Assembly: GCA_963801355.1 (NCBI GenBank)
Contig: CAWDEM010000004.1
Span: 352,001-416,000, forward strand
Reading direction: 5' to 3'
From: Ignavibacteriota bacterium
GTDB taxonomy: Bacteria > Bacteroidota > Ignavibacteria > UBA10030 > UBA6906
Length of the DNA stretch: 64,000 bases
The notes beneath the pieces were generated by a model. That model worked only from the letters and a program-made list of their open reading frames with translations, was not told the origin of the DNA and searched no databases. Positions 1 to 10,014 of this stretch are shown here, piece after piece. The position numbers and the translations under genes are program-made. Positions within the stretch are counted from its first letter, which is position 1. Each line of letters begins with the position of its first letter.

Positions 1-1
1 A

Positions 2-481
2 GTGATCGTGGTGGATGCGACACGCCTTGAACGCAATCTCAACCTTGTGCTCCAGGTGCTGGAAATCACCGACCGTGCGGTGCTGTGTGTGAATTTGATG
101 GATGAAGCCCGCCGGCACAACATTGCGGTGGACCAGCGGATACTCGCGAAGGAATTGGGCATCCCGGTCGTGCTGACGGCCGCGCGGCAGCGCGAGGGAA
201 TGGATCTGCTCTTGCAGAGTATCTCCGAGGTGGCTGCCGGGATGTTTGTGTGCCGGCCGCACCGCGTGCACACACTGCCGCGCGATGTTGCGGCAGCCCT
301 GGATGCCATGACGGACCGGGTCCGGAAGCTCTTTCCCGATCTTCCGAACGCGCGCTGGGTTGCCCTCCGGCTTCTCGAAGGCGACCAGCGAATGATTGAG
401 GCGGTACAGTCCGGAGAACTCAGAACGCTCGTCAGCACTCATGCAGGCGGCGCGCCCCGGGCAGAAGAGGTGACCGCATGA
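2..481 (+). CDS. feoB: FeoB N-terminal small-GTPase domain protein (split FeoB, 5'-truncated by window edge)
   Basis: [11 protein letters not shown] and CVNLMDEA (G4-like) motifs of the FeoB GTPase. Its stop overlaps the next ATG (ATGA at 478-481). Confidence 0.85.
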   Translation: MIVVDATRLERNLNLVLQVLEITDRAVLCVNLMDEARRHNIAVDQRILAKELGIPVVLTAARQREGMDLLLQSISEVAAGMFVCRPHRVHTLPRDVAAALDAMTDRVRKLFPDLPNARWVALRLLEGDQRMIEAVQSGELRTLVSTHAGGAPRAEEVTA

Positions 482-1911
482 CGCCGGATCGGGCCACCCC
501 GGACGCCGTCCTTGCCGAGGCGGACGCACTGCGCTGGAAACTGGGTGAGGATTATCACGACTCCCTGATGGAGGGGATCTACGCGGATGCCGCACGGATC
601 GCCGACCGCGCCGTGACGCGGAGTGGCGATGTACAGCGCTTCGATCTGGACCGGACCATCGACCGGATCGTAACGAGCCGCTGGCTCGGATTCCCCGTGA
701 TGGTCTTGCTGCTGGCGGTGGTATTCTGGATTACGATTGTGGGCGCAAATATCCCCTCGGGATTTCTTGCGTCGATCTTGCTGGACACGGTTCACCCGTG
801 GCTGAAGGCGGGTGCGGCGGGCCTCGGCTTCCCGGGGTGGCTTTCCGGATTTCTGATCGACGGCGGTTATCTCGCCGGCGCCTGGGTCATCAGCGTCATG
901 CTTCCCCCCATGGCCGTCTTCTTCCCGATCTTCACGCTGTTGGAGGACTTCGGGTATCTCCCGCGCGTTGCGTTCAACATGGATGCGTTGTATCGCCGCG
1001 CCGGCGCCCATGGCAAGCAATCGCTCACCATGACCATGGGTTTCGGCTGCAATGCAGCCGGCGTTGTCGCGGCACGCGTCATTGACAGTCCGCGGGAACG
1101 ATTGATCGCCATCATTACCAACAACTTCTCCCTCTGCAACGGCCGGTGGCCGACACAAATCCTCGTGGCCGGAATCTTCGTCGGCGCCCTTGCGCCGCCG
1201 TATCTCGCCGGCGTCGTCTCGGCGGGAGCGGTTGTCTTTGTGGCCGTGCTCGGCGTGGTACTCAGTCTCGTGGTCTCCTGGGGGCTTTCCCGCACCGTCC
1301 TGAAAGGTGAAGCGTCGGCATTCAGTCTGGAGTTGCCTCCCTACAGGCCGCCGCGGATATTGCAGACACTCTACACCTCGCTGATTGACCGCACACTGTA
1401 TGTCCTGTGGCGCGCGATTGTGTTCGCAGTACCCGCGGGACTGGTCATCTGGCTGGTCGCGAATGTGCACATCGGCGGCGTCTCGGTGGCCGAGCATTTC
1501 ATCAACTGGTCAAACCCGTTCGGGCTCCTCCTCGGTCTCAATGGGGTGATATTGCTTGCGTATATCATTGCGATACCGGCAAACGAAATTGTCGTGCCGA
1601 CGGTACTGATGCTCACCGTGCTGACGACTTCCGCGCTCACCGGCGTTGGTGCGGGTGCGGGTGTCATGTTCGAAGCAGACTCGGCCACGACAACGGCGTC
1701 AATTCTTCATGCCGGCGGATGGACGGCGCTCACCGGCATCAATCTCATGCTCTTCAGTCTGCTGCACAATCCCTGTTCGACGACCATCTATACGATCTAC
1801 AAAGAAACCGGCAGCGTGAAATGGGCCGCGCTGGCCACGCTCATCCCGCTCAGCATGGGGTTCGTCGTGTGCCTCGCAGTGGCGACGCTGTGGCGTGCAT
1901 TTGCCGGTTAG
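478..1911 (+). CDS. feoB: FeoB membrane (Gate/nucleoside-recognition) domain protein
   Basis: [34 protein letters not shown] and PCSTT motifs, with many hydrophobic TM segments. Confidence 0.9.
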   Translation: MTPDRATPDAVLAEADALRWKLGEDYHDSLMEGIYADAARIADRAVTRSGDVQRFDLDRTIDRIVTSRWLGFPVMVLLLAVVFWITIVGANIPSGFLASILLDTVHPWLKAGAAGLGFPGWLSGFLIDGGYLAGAWVISVMLPPMAVFFPIFTLLEDFGYLPRVAFNMDALYRRAGAHGKQSLTMTMGFGCNAAGVVAARVIDSPRERLIAIITNNFSLCNGRWPTQILVAGIFVGALAPPYLAGVVSAGAVVFVAVLGVVLSLVVSWGLSRTVLKGEASAFSLELPPYRPPRILQTLYTSLIDRTLYVLWRAIVFAVPAGLVIWLVANVHIGGVSVAEHFINWSNPFGLLLGLNGVILLAYIIAIPANEIVVPTVLMLTVLTTSALTGVGAGAGVMFEADSATTTASILHAGGWTALTGINLMLFSLLHNPCSTTIYTIYKETGSVKWAALATLIPLSMGFVVCLAVATLWRAFAG

Positions 1912-2066
1912 CAAAAAAGCTTAAGATTTTCTCATTTCTCGGAATTCTCTCTCCCCGGCTCCTATTTTTCGCAGGAATTGCGTATATTTTTGGCATGCAA
2001 TTCGCAGTATCACACCGGATACCCAAACTGCTTATCCGTTTGTCAATCTCGATCTAAGGAAGAACG

Positions 2067-5000
2067 ATGAAACGCAACACGGTGACTATCGACGGCAATG
2101 AAGCGGCGGCATATGTCGCTCATAAGCTGAACGAAGTTATTGCCATCTATCCCATTACCCCGTCATCCAACATGGGCGAATGGGCCGACGAGTGGTCAGC
2201 CCAGGGAAGGAAGAACCTCTGGGGAACAGTCCCCTCGGTGACTGAGATGCAGAGTGAAGGCGGCGCGGCCGGTGCGGTCCACGGTGCCCTTCAGGCGGGC
2301 GCGCTGTCGACGACCTTCACGGCGTCTCAGGGCCTCCTGTTGATGATTCCCAACATGTTCAAGATTGCCGGCGAACTCACCTCGACCGTATTCCATGTCT
2401 CCGCGCGATCCGTTGCCGCCCATGCACTCTCGATTTTCGGTGACCACAGCGACGTCATGGCGACCAGGAGCACCGGTTGGGGATTGATCTCCTCGAACAG
2501 TGTTCAAGAGGTGATGGACATGGCGTTGATCGCACAGGCGGCGACGCTTGAAGCGCGTGTCCCCTTCATACATTTCTTCGATGGATTCCGCACTTCGCAT
2601 GAGGTACAGAAGATTGAACAGCTGACTGATGAGGACATGCGTGCACTCATCAGCGATGACCTGATCCGCGCACATCGCGGGCGGGCACTCTCTCCCGAGC
2701 ACCCCGTGCTGCGTGGTTCCGCGCAGAACCCCGATGTGTTCTTCCAGGCGCGCGAAACCTGCAACCCCTTTTACGCGGCCTGTCCGGATATCGTCCAGAA
2801 GGTGATGGACAAGTTTGCGGCGGTCGTGGGGCGGCAGTACAAGCTGTTCCAGTATGTCGGCTCGCCCACCGCCGAACGGGTGATTGTCATGATGGGCTCC
2901 GGTGCCGAGGCCGCGCAGGAAGCCGTGGAGTTCATGAACGCCAGAGGCGCAAACGTCGGCCTGATGAAAGTCCGGTTGTACCGTCCGTTTTCCATCAAGC
3001 ATTTTGTGGATGCCCTCCCCGCAACCGTGAAGCAGATTGCGGTATTGGATCGCACGAAAGAACCGGGCGCTCCGGCGGAGCCGCTCTTTCTTGATGTGGT
3101 CATGGCGATCAACGAGGCGCTGATGAACGGCACCGCTCCGGTGAAGAGCATGCCCAGGGTCATCGGCGGCCGCTACGGACTTTCCTCGAAGGAATTCACG
3201 CCGGCGATGGTGAAAGCGGTATTTGACGAGCTCTCCAGGGCACACCCCAAGAACCACTTCATGGTCGGCATCGTCGACGATGTCACCAACAACAGCCTCG
3301 ACTACGATCACAGCTTTTCCACTGAAGCCGATGACGTGTTCCGGGGCATCTTCTATGGTCTGGGTGCAGACGGTACCGTCGGGGCCAACAAGAACTCCAT
3401 CAAGATCATCGGTGAAGACACGGAATTCTCCGCCCAGGGTTACTTCGTGTACGACTCAAAAAAGTCGGGTTCCACGACCACGTCGCACCTGCGGTTTGGA
3501 CCGCGCCCGATACATTCAACGTACCTCATCAGCCAGGCGAAGTTTGTCGCGTGCCATCAATGGTTCTTCCTTGAGAAATACGACGTGCTGAAGCCCTGTC
3601 TCCCGGGAGGGACGTTCCTGCTGAACAGTATTTACGGCGTTGATGAAGTCTGGGACCAACTGCCGAAGCTGATCCAGGAGCAATTGATCAACAAGAAAAT
3701 CAAGTTCTACATTATTGATGCCTACAAGGTTGCGAACAATACCGGCATGGGTGCGCGCGTCAACACCATCATGCAGACCTGCTTCTTTGCCATCTCGGGA
3801 GTGTTGCCGCGCGAGCAGGCGATCGAAGCAATCAAGAACTCGATCAAGAAGACCTACGGCAAAAAGGGCGACCAGATCGTCCAGCAGAATTTCCAGGCGG
3901 TCGATCAGACGCTGGCGAATCTGCACGAAGTGAAAGTCCCGGCAAAGGTGACGAGTGAGATTGCAATGCCCCCGGTCGTTTCGGCGCGGGCACCGAAGTT
4001 CGTGCAGGAAGTGACCGCACCGATCATTGCCGGGTTTGGCGACAATCTGCCTGTGAGCGCAATGCCGGTGGACGGCACGTTCCCGCTCGGCACGACACAG
4101 TGGGAGAAACGGAATATCGCTCTGGAAATACCGGTGTGGGACACGGTCACATGCATCCAGTGCAATAAATGTGCGATGGTCTGTCCGCATGCCGCCATCC
4201 GGACCAAAGTCTACGATCCAAAATCGCTTGCCGGCGCTCCTGCGACGTATAAGGCCACAGACTACCGCGGGCCGGAATACAAGGGGATGAAATACACCGT
4301 GCAGGTTGCACCCGAAGACTGCACCGGGTGCGAGCTCTGTGTCGAAGTGTGTCCGGCCAAGAACAAGACCGAAACCCGGTTCAAGGCAATCAACATGGCC
4401 CCACAGGGAGCCTTACGCGAACCGGAACGGGCGAATTTCGACTTCTTCCTTGCGATTCCGGATGTCGACCGTCGCCAGGTGAAAGTTGACACGGTGAAGG
4501 GCTCGCAGTTCCTGCTGCCGCTCTTTGAGTTCTCCGGCGCGTGCTCCGGATGCGGCGAAACACCGTACGTGAAGCTGGCCAGCCAGCTGTTTGGTGACCG
4601 CACGATTGTTGCCAATGCCACGGGCTGTTCGTCCATTTACGGGGGGAATCTCCCGACGACTCCGTGGACGGTGAATCATGAAGGTCGCGGAGCCGCCTGG
4701 TCGAACTCGCTCTTCGAAGACAATGCAGAATTCGGTCTCGGGATCCGGCTGACCGTCGACAAGCACACGGAAATGGCGCGTGAGCTTGTACAGAAACTGG
4801 CCTCCGCGATCGGCGATGACCTGGTCACGGGCCTGCTGAATGCGCATCAGTCTGACGAAGCCGGAATTCACGAACAGCGCAACCGCGTTGTGGTGTTGAA
4901 ACAGAAGCTCGCCGGCATGAACGATCCAGATGCGAAGAGCCTGCTCTCGCTGGCGGACAACCTGGTGAAGCGCAGCGTCTGGATCATGGGCGGTGACGGC

Positions 5001-5642
5001 TGGGCGTATGATATCGGGTTCGGCGGCCTTGACCACGTGCTTGCCTCAGGCAAGAACGTGAACGTCCTCGTGCTGGATACCGAAGTCTATTCGAACACCG
5101 GCGGCCAGATGTCAAAATCGACTCAGCGCTCCGCTGTTGCGAAGTTTGCCGCGGGCGGGAAGCCGCTCGCCAAGAAAGATCTGGGGCGTATTGCCATGAC
5201 CTACGGCAGCGTGTACGTGGCCCAGGTGGCGATGGGACACAGCGATCTGCAGACCATCCGTGCATTCCTCGAAGCGGATGCCTTCGACGGTCCTGCGATC
5301 ATCATTGCCTACAGCCACTGTATCGCCCATGGTATTGACATGGCTAAGGGTATGGTAAGCCAGAAAGGTGCAGTGGACAGCGGCGCCTGGCCGCTCTACC
5401 GGTATAATCCCGCACTTGCCCGCGAAGGCAAGAACCCGCTGAAGCTGGATTCGAAACCGCCGAAGATGAAGTTCGAGGAGTATGCCTACCTCGAGACGCG
5501 GTACAAGATGCTCACCAAGAGCAATCCTGAAGAAGCAAAACGCTTGATGGCATTGGCGGAAGGCGATGCAAAGCGCCGGTGGGAGTGGTTTGAGAATGCG
5601 GCGAAGGAATGGGATACCCCGACGCCGGCCGGAACGCACTGA
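2067..5642 (+). CDS. nifJ: Pyruvate:ferredoxin (flavodoxin) oxidoreductase, single-chain
   Basis: YPITPS, MQSEGGAAG, two CxxCxxCxxxCP ferredoxin motifs, GACSGCGET and the GGDGWAYDIG TPP motif. 1191 aa, with RBS aagga upstream. Confidence 0.97.
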   Translation: MKRNTVTIDGNEAAAYVAHKLNEVIAIYPITPSSNMGEWADEWSAQGRKNLWGTVPSVTEMQSEGGAAGAVHGALQAGALSTTFTASQGLLLMIPNMFKIAGELTSTVFHVSARSVAAHALSIFGDHSDVMATRSTGWGLISSNSVQEVMDMALIAQAATLEARVPFIHFFDGFRTSHEVQKIEQLTDEDMRALISDDLIRAHRGRALSPEHPVLRGSAQNPDVFFQARETCNPFYAACPDIVQKVMDKFAAVVGRQYKLFQYVGSPTAERVIVMMGSGAEAAQEAVEFMNARGANVGLMKVRLYRPFSIKHFVDALPATVKQIAVLDRTKEPGAPAEPLFLDVVMAINEALMNGTAPVKSMPRVIGGRYGLSSKEFTPAMVKAVFDELSRAHPKNHFMVGIVDDVTNNSLDYDHSFSTEADDVFRGIFYGLGADGTVGANKNSIKIIGEDTEFSAQGYFVYDSKKSGSTTTSHLRFGPRPIHSTYLISQAKFVACHQWFFLEKYDVLKPCLPGGTFLLNSIYGVDEVWDQLPKLIQEQLINKKIKFYIIDAYKVANNTGMGARVNTIMQTCFFAISGVLPREQAIEAIKNSIKKTYGKKGDQIVQQNFQAVDQTLANLHEVKVPAKVTSEIAMPPVVSARAPKFVQEVTAPIIAGFGDNLPVSAMPVDGTFPLGTTQWEKRNIALEIPVWDTVTCIQCNKCAMVCPHAAIRTKVYDPKSLAGAPATYKATDYRGPEYKGMKYTVQVAPEDCTGCELCVEVCPAKNKTETRFKAINMAPQGALREPERANFDFFLAIPDVDRRQVKVDTVKGSQFLLPLFEFSGACSGCGETPYVKLASQLFGDRTIVANATGCSSIYGGNLPTTPWTVNHEGRGAAWSNSLFEDNAEFGLGIRLTVDKHTEMARELVQKLASAIGDDLVTGLLNAHQSDEAGIHEQRNRVVVLKQKLAGMNDPDAKSLLSLADNLVKRSVWIMGGDGWAYDIGFGGLDHVLASGKNVNVLVLDTEVYSNTGGQMSKSTQRSAVAKFAAGGKPLAKKDLGRIAMTYGSVYVAQVAMGHSDLQTIRAFLEADAFDGPAIIIAYSHCIAHGIDMAKGMVSQKGAVDSGAWPLYRYNPALAREGKNPLKLDSKPPKMKFEEYAYLETRYKMLTKSNPEEAKRLMALAEGDAKRRWEWFENAAKEWDTPTPAGTH

Positions 5643-5675
5643 CAGCGAACGCGAACTAAACAGGAATCTCATACA

Positions 5676-6665
5676 ATGGATCTCTCAACATCATATCTCG
5701 GACTGCATCTGAAAAACCCTCTGGTGCCCTCTGCCAGCCCTCTCACACGCGCGGTGGACAGCATGAAGCGGCTGGAGGATGCGGGGGCGGCTGCTGTGGT
5801 GATGCACTCAATATTCGAAGAACAGATAGAACACGAAGCGGCTGAGCTCGACCACTATCTTTCCAGCGGGACGGAAAGCTTTGCGGAGGCGCTGTCGTAC
5901 CTGCCCGAAGCCAGCGAGTACTTTCTCGGTCCCGAGGAGTACGTGAAGGAACTGGCAAAGGCCAAGGAGTCCCTTTCGATTCCGGTCATTGCGAGTCTGA
6001 ACGGTGTCTCCACCGGCGGGTGGATTCAATACGCGAAGAAGTTCGAAGACGCGGGCGCCGATGCCGTTGAGCTGAATGTCTATTATATCCCCGCCGATCC
6101 CCTGATGACCGGCACGGATGTGGAGCAACGATACATCGATGTGCTCAAGGCGGTCAAGGCGACGGTGAAAATCCCTGTAGCGATAAAGCTGAGCCCGTAC
6201 TTCAGCTCCATGTCCCATATGGCGCGGCGTCTCGACGAAGCCGGTGCCGACGGGCTGGTGTTGTTCAACCGCTTCTATCAGCCCGATGTGGATATCGAGG
6301 CGTTGGAAGTGGTGCCGAACGTGCAACTCAGCACCTCGCGGTCTCTGCGGCTGCCACTGAGATGGATCGGCATTCTCTTCGGCAGGGTCAACGCCAGCCT
6401 GGCTGCAACGAGCGGGGTGCATACCGCGCAGGATGCCATCAAGCTCATCATGGCAGGCGCGGATGTCACCATGCTCTGCTCGAGCCTGCTGCACCATGGT
6501 CCAAAGCATCTTACAGAGGTTCTCACCGGCCTCGACCGGTGGATGCAGGACCATGAGTACGTGTCGGTGCAACAGATGCGCGGCAGCATGAGTCAGAAAT
6601 CCGTGGCGGATCCCAGCGCCTTTGAACGGGCGAACTATATGAAAGCACTCAACCGGTACCGGTAA
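5676..6665 (+). CDS. Dihydroorotate dehydrogenase-like flavoprotein (type commonly found next to nifJ)
   Basis: LKNPLVPSASP, ELNVY, VAIKLSPYF, LVLFNRFYQPD and FERANY motifs, consistent with an FMN TIM barrel. Confidence 0.85.
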   Translation: MDLSTSYLGLHLKNPLVPSASPLTRAVDSMKRLEDAGAAAVVMHSIFEEQIEHEAAELDHYLSSGTESFAEALSYLPEASEYFLGPEEYVKELAKAKESLSIPVIASLNGVSTGGWIQYAKKFEDAGADAVELNVYYIPADPLMTGTDVEQRYIDVLKAVKATVKIPVAIKLSPYFSSMSHMARRLDEAGADGLVLFNRFYQPDVDIEALEVVPNVQLSTSRSLRLPLRWIGILFGRVNASLAATSGVHTAQDAIKLIMAGADVTMLCSSLLHHGPKHLTEVLTGLDRWMQDHEYVSVQQMRGSMSQKSVADPSAFERANYMKALNRYR

Positions 6666-6688
6666 TCACCCACACGATACGCAACGCA

Positions 6689-6749
6689 GAGACGCAGACA
6701 CGGGAGTGAACAGAAACGAAGAGCATCCATTTACTCCACTCTGCGTCTC
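6689..6749. repeat. Intergenic long hairpin (REP-like inverted repeat)
   Basis: GAGACGCAGA (6689-6698) is the exact reverse complement of TCTGCGTCTC (6740-6749). Inner GGAGTGAA/TTTACTCC can also pair. Confidence 0.55.
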
Positions 6750-6801
6750 GGACGTTGAAGGCAGGTCCGGCATCATTCATGAATGGAGAAGGAGATGGAC
6801 C

Positions 6802-7533
6802 ATGGCAAAACAGATGATGGCACTGTTCCTCGGGCTCGCGCTGGTTGGTGCTCCCCGGGTCACCACGGCGCAGGACACGCAGGATGCGCACGCAGCGGAG
6901 GTCAAGGCCCAGGTGCCGGCACTGCAGAAATTCCACACGCCGATCTATACGCTCTGGCACACCGCCTGGCCGAAGAAGGATACCGCGATGATGGCATCGC
7001 TGTGCACTGACATTGACAGCGGGGTTGCGGGGGTGGCTGCCGCAGAACTCCCGGGCATTCTGCGGGACAAGAAGGATGCATGGGACGAGGGCGTGAAACG
7101 TTTACAGCTCATCGCCGGTCAGTACAGGACGGCAATGGCAGGAACAGAGCTTCAGCCCAAACTTGATGCGGCGGAACGATTGCATATGCAGTACGAGAAG
7201 ATGGTGCGGATTATCAGGCCGGTGTTGAAGGAAATCGACGCATTCCATCAGGTGCTGTACATGATCTATCACTACTATATGCCCGAGCACAGGATGAGCG
7301 AACTCACCGCCGCCGTGACATCGCTGAGCGAAGCGATGGATACACTCGACGCCGTACGCCTGCCGGAGCGCCTCAGGAAGAGAGATGAGGCATTCCAGGC
7401 TGCCCGGGAAAAGCTCTCCACCTCCGTCGCGTACGTGAAAGCCGTGATGTCGTCAGACGATGCCAAGAAGATCAACGATGCCATCCGGAGAATGCACAGC
7501 GACTACGAGGCGCTGGCAAGGGTGTTCGACTAG
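6802..7533 (+). CDS. Secreted hypothetical alpha-helical protein with two internal His-motif repeats
   Basis: ATG 6802 follows RBS aaggag. Signal peptide MAKQMMALFLGLALVGAPRVTTA. Repeats FHTPIYTLWH...LHMQY and FHQVLYMIYH...MHSDY. Confidence 0.75.
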   Translation: MAKQMMALFLGLALVGAPRVTTAQDTQDAHAAEVKAQVPALQKFHTPIYTLWHTAWPKKDTAMMASLCTDIDSGVAGVAAAELPGILRDKKDAWDEGVKRLQLIAGQYRTAMAGTELQPKLDAAERLHMQYEKMVRIIRPVLKEIDAFHQVLYMIYHYYMPEHRMSELTAAVTSLSEAMDTLDAVRLPERLRKRDEAFQAAREKLSTSVAYVKAVMSSDDAKKINDAIRRMHSDYEALARVFD

Positions 7534-7561
7534 GCACACAACGCCATCATCGGAGCTGCTC

Positions 7562-8020
7562 ATGCAACGTGTATCACGGAGTACCCTCGACGCCTTCTTC
7601 ACGTCACGAGCGTTCGCCGTCGTCGGTGTGTCGGCGGATCATAAGAAGTTCGGGAATATCGTGTACCGGACGATGAAAGCAAAAGGGGCCGTTGTCTACC
7701 CGGTACACCCCACACTGGAAAGCGTGGATGGCGATGCCTGCTACAAGAATGTGACGGCATTGCCGGCAGACGTCCTCTCGGTGGTCACCGTGGTGCCTCC
7801 GCCGGTCACCGCGTCGGTTGTTGCAGAGTGCGTCGCCAAAGGCATCACACGCATCTGGATGCAGCCCGGATCGGAGTCGGCTGAGGCTATTGCGGCGGCG
7901 GAACAGGCGGGCATCGGGGTCGTTGCACGCGAATGCATTCTGATGTTTCTGGAACCCGTGCAATCGTTTCACGCGTTCCACCGCTTTGTGAACAAGGTGA
8001 TCGGGAAGTATCCGAAGTAG
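7562..8020 (+). CDS. CoA-binding protein (YccU/CoA_binding_2 family)
   Basis: FAVVGVS.D..KFG, VYPVHP, IWMQPGSES and CILM motifs. RBS ggag precedes ATG 7562. Confidence 0.88.
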   Translation: MQRVSRSTLDAFFTSRAFAVVGVSADHKKFGNIVYRTMKAKGAVVYPVHPTLESVDGDACYKNVTALPADVLSVVTVVPPPVTASVVAECVAKGITRIWMQPGSESAEAIAAAEQAGIGVVARECILMFLEPVQSFHAFHRFVNKVIGKYPK

Positions 8021-8035
8021 ACAACGCGATGCGCA

Positions 8036-9867
8036 TCATGTCGCGAGCATGGAGGATTGAATCCTCTCGACTTCATCCATCACCCTGTTCACCTTCCGCA
8101 TCATGAGTGCAAAGGGTTCCGGACCGGTCATATCCACGCCTGCCGCGCGCAACAAAGCAATCGGATAGTCCGAGCCACCCGCCGACAGGAGAGCGAGATA
8201 TCGCCGGGTTGCGTCCCGGTCTCCGGACAGCACCATCTCCGTCAGCGCGGTGGATGCGGTCAGCGACGTTGCATACTGATACACGTAGAAGTCATAGTAG
8301 AAGTGGGGGACCGCCGCCCACTCCGCTTTGATCATGTCATCGACGACACACACGCCGCGGTCGTGCCCGTAGTACCTCCGGGTGATATCCTCGTACAGTG
8401 AACACAGAGTGTCACCGGTGAGTGTTTCCCCCGTTCCACCCGCTCGTGGATCGCCAGCTCGAACTCCGCAAACTGTGTCTGCCGGAAGAGCGTCGCGCGA
8501 ACACCATCCAGATAGTTGACCAGCAAGGAAAGCCGCACGCGACTGTCCGTCTCGGTCTTCAACAGGTGCTCCATCAGCAACGCTTCGTTGAATGTGGATG
8601 CCACTTCAGCGACGAAAATGGAATAGTGAGCGGTCGGATAGGGCTGTGTCCGGTTGGAGAGAAAACTGTGCATGGTGTGGCCGAGCTCATGTGCCACGGT
8701 GCTGACGTCATCATACTTGCCGTTGTAATTCAGAAGGATATACGGATGCGCATCATAGACCGCGCCGTTGGAGTACGCGCCGCCGATTTTTCCCTCGCTG
8801 GGGAGTACATCCATCCATCGTTCGGCAAATGCGCGACGGGCGGTCGTGAGGTAGTCGGTGCCCAGCGGCGCCAGTGACGCGAGAATCAACTCCCCCGCCT
8901 CAGCGAAGGAATAGGTGAGGTCGACGTCAGGGACGACAGGGACATACAGATCATAGCTGTGCAGTTGTTCCACCCCGAGAAGCCTCTTCCGCAATGAAAG
9001 ATACCGGTGAAGAGTGGGAAGGTTCTCCCACGCATTCTTCACCAGAGCATGGTAGACATCCACCGGGATATTCGGCCCATCCAATGCGCTATGCAGGCAA
9101 GAAGGATATTTGCGTGCGCGCCGGTAGAAAAGGTTCTTCTTCACTTCACTGTACAGTCCGATGCCGAACGTGCGACGGTATGCGTAGCATGCGCCGAAAT
9201 ACGCCTCGAAGATTGCGCGGCGGTCTTCACGGTGCGGGGTGGCGCGATGAAGGGCGAATGCCGCCTTGTCCAGTTTGACCGGAACGCCGTCGTGCAGGGT
9301 GACTGTCGGGAAGGGGAAATCGGCATTGGAAAATACGGTGTAGATGCCGCCGGAGGAATCGGCCATGAGACCGGCATCGGCGATCAGCTGTTCTTCGGAT
9401 GCGGTTCCCGTGTGTTTTTCCCGGCGCAGAACGTCGTCAATCGACTGCCGGTATGCAGCCAGTCGTGTCTCTGCGGCGAGAAATCCCTCAATGGTCTGGC
9501 GGCCGATCTGGAGAAGTTCCGGTTCGATAAACGCCGTGCACGCGCCGATGTCGGTTCCAATCTGCTGTATTTCCTGCTGGAATGCGAGATACTCTGCATT
9601 TCGGGTATCAATGTCGGCACGGGCGGAGGCGTACGTGGAGAGGCGTGCGTACAGCTTGCTGATGGAGGCCGTCAGCTCGAAACATGCGAGCAGTGCTTCC
9701 GGGGACGTGCCGAGGGTTCCGCGGCAGGAAGGGATCCTCTCGACTTCCCTGAGGAGAAGAGCCTTTCCGTCTTTCCAGGCGTCAACGTCTCCATAGACAG
9801 GTGTGAGATCCCACTTGAGTTCGTCCGGAATGGTCGCCCGGTCGCGGCTATACGTGGTGAAGGACAC
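8036..9867 (-). pseudogene. pepF: Oligoendopeptidase F (M3B) with a single frameshift near 8430 (pseudogene or homopolymer sequencing error)
   Basis: WDLTPVY, GAYS, HELGHTMH (HEXXH) and RQTQFAEFE lie in ORF 8332-9867. The conserved C-terminus (GETLTG...PHFYYDFYVYQYA...GGSDYP) continues in another frame to 8036. Adding one base to the C5 run at 8428-8432 restores a ~610 aa protein. Confidence 0.88.
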
Positions 9868-9890
9868 GGAGGTATCCAGTATTCGTAGTC

Positions 9891-9925
9891 AATAGATAAT
9901 GGACAATGGATAATGGATAATCAAA
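9891..9925. repeat. Heptamer tandem repeat (AATGGAY-like x5)
   Basis: aatagat-aatggac-aatggat-aatggat-aatcaaa, in the pepF/yitJ divergent intergenic region. Confidence 0.7.
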
Positions 9926-10014
9926 TCCCTGTGAAGTAGCAAGGTTGGGAATAAAGCCGGAAAAGTGTATTATGTCACCTGGCGGGCAAAGACCATTATC
10001 CGACGGATACAACG

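Noticed and set aside
439-5672. Long minus-strand ORFs opposite feoB and nifJ
   Set aside because: Antisense shadow frames of well-supported genes.
8422-8434. GGGAAAC as a programmed -1 slippery heptamer in pepF
   Set aside because: In the translated frame the codons are GGG AAA CAC, not G GGA AAC, so the canonical tandem-slippage phase is not met.
9868-10014. SAM or cobalamin riboswitch upstream of yitJ
   Set aside because: The region is short and shared with a divergent gene. I could not find the conserved SAM-I or B12-box elements, only a small TATCC/GGATA hairpin.
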